64,000 bases of DNA from Raja brachyura. Lineage: Eukaryota. The notes under the pieces were generated by a model that was not told where the DNA came from, made no database searches, and saw only the letters and a list, made by a program, of their open reading frames with translations. A program made the translations under genes and the position numbers. The DNA is taken from contig OY740809.1 of assembly GCA_963514005.1 (NCBI GenBank), forward strand, positions 17,298,001 through 17,362,000. The letters run 5' to 3'. Each line of letters opens with the position of its first letter. Within the stretch, counting starts at the first letter, position 1. Shown here in pieces: positions 63,866 through 64,000 of the stretch.

Positions 63866-64000
63866 TTAGTTGGCACTGAAATACAATGTTTATCGTGAAC
63901 ATTTAGAACTCAAACTAAAACATTGTGTCATATTCTTCACACGCATAGGCCAATTCTTTTAATGATATGTAATGTAATATAGCAGTATAAATTAATGTTT

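Overview
This is repeat-dense vertebrate genomic DNA, most likely an elasmobranch (skate/ray/shark), judging from HE1-type SINEs, a Deu-domain SINE, and CR1, Rex-Babar and Penelope fragments. Most of the window is nested transposable elements: CR1, L1, Rex-Babar, Penelope, a near-complete HERO-type RLE retrotransposon, an ORF1-only Tx1 element, three Gypsy elements, Tc1, hAT, Harbinger-type and Helitron elements. In the unique islands between them, the minus strand carries a collinear series of decayed exons (about 62.6 kb down to 5.9 kb). These resemble the sperm calcium-channel subunit CatSper-epsilon (CATSPERE/C1orf101) but are full of stops and frameshifts. Inside one intron, on the same strand, lies the only clean host-like ORF: a 225-codon exon with canonical splice sites encoding a SAP domain plus a THAP zinc finger. 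The main hypothesis is that a transposon-derived SAP-THAP gene has taken over the transcription unit of a dead CatSper gene. All homology calls are by eye against remembered sequences and need database confirmation.
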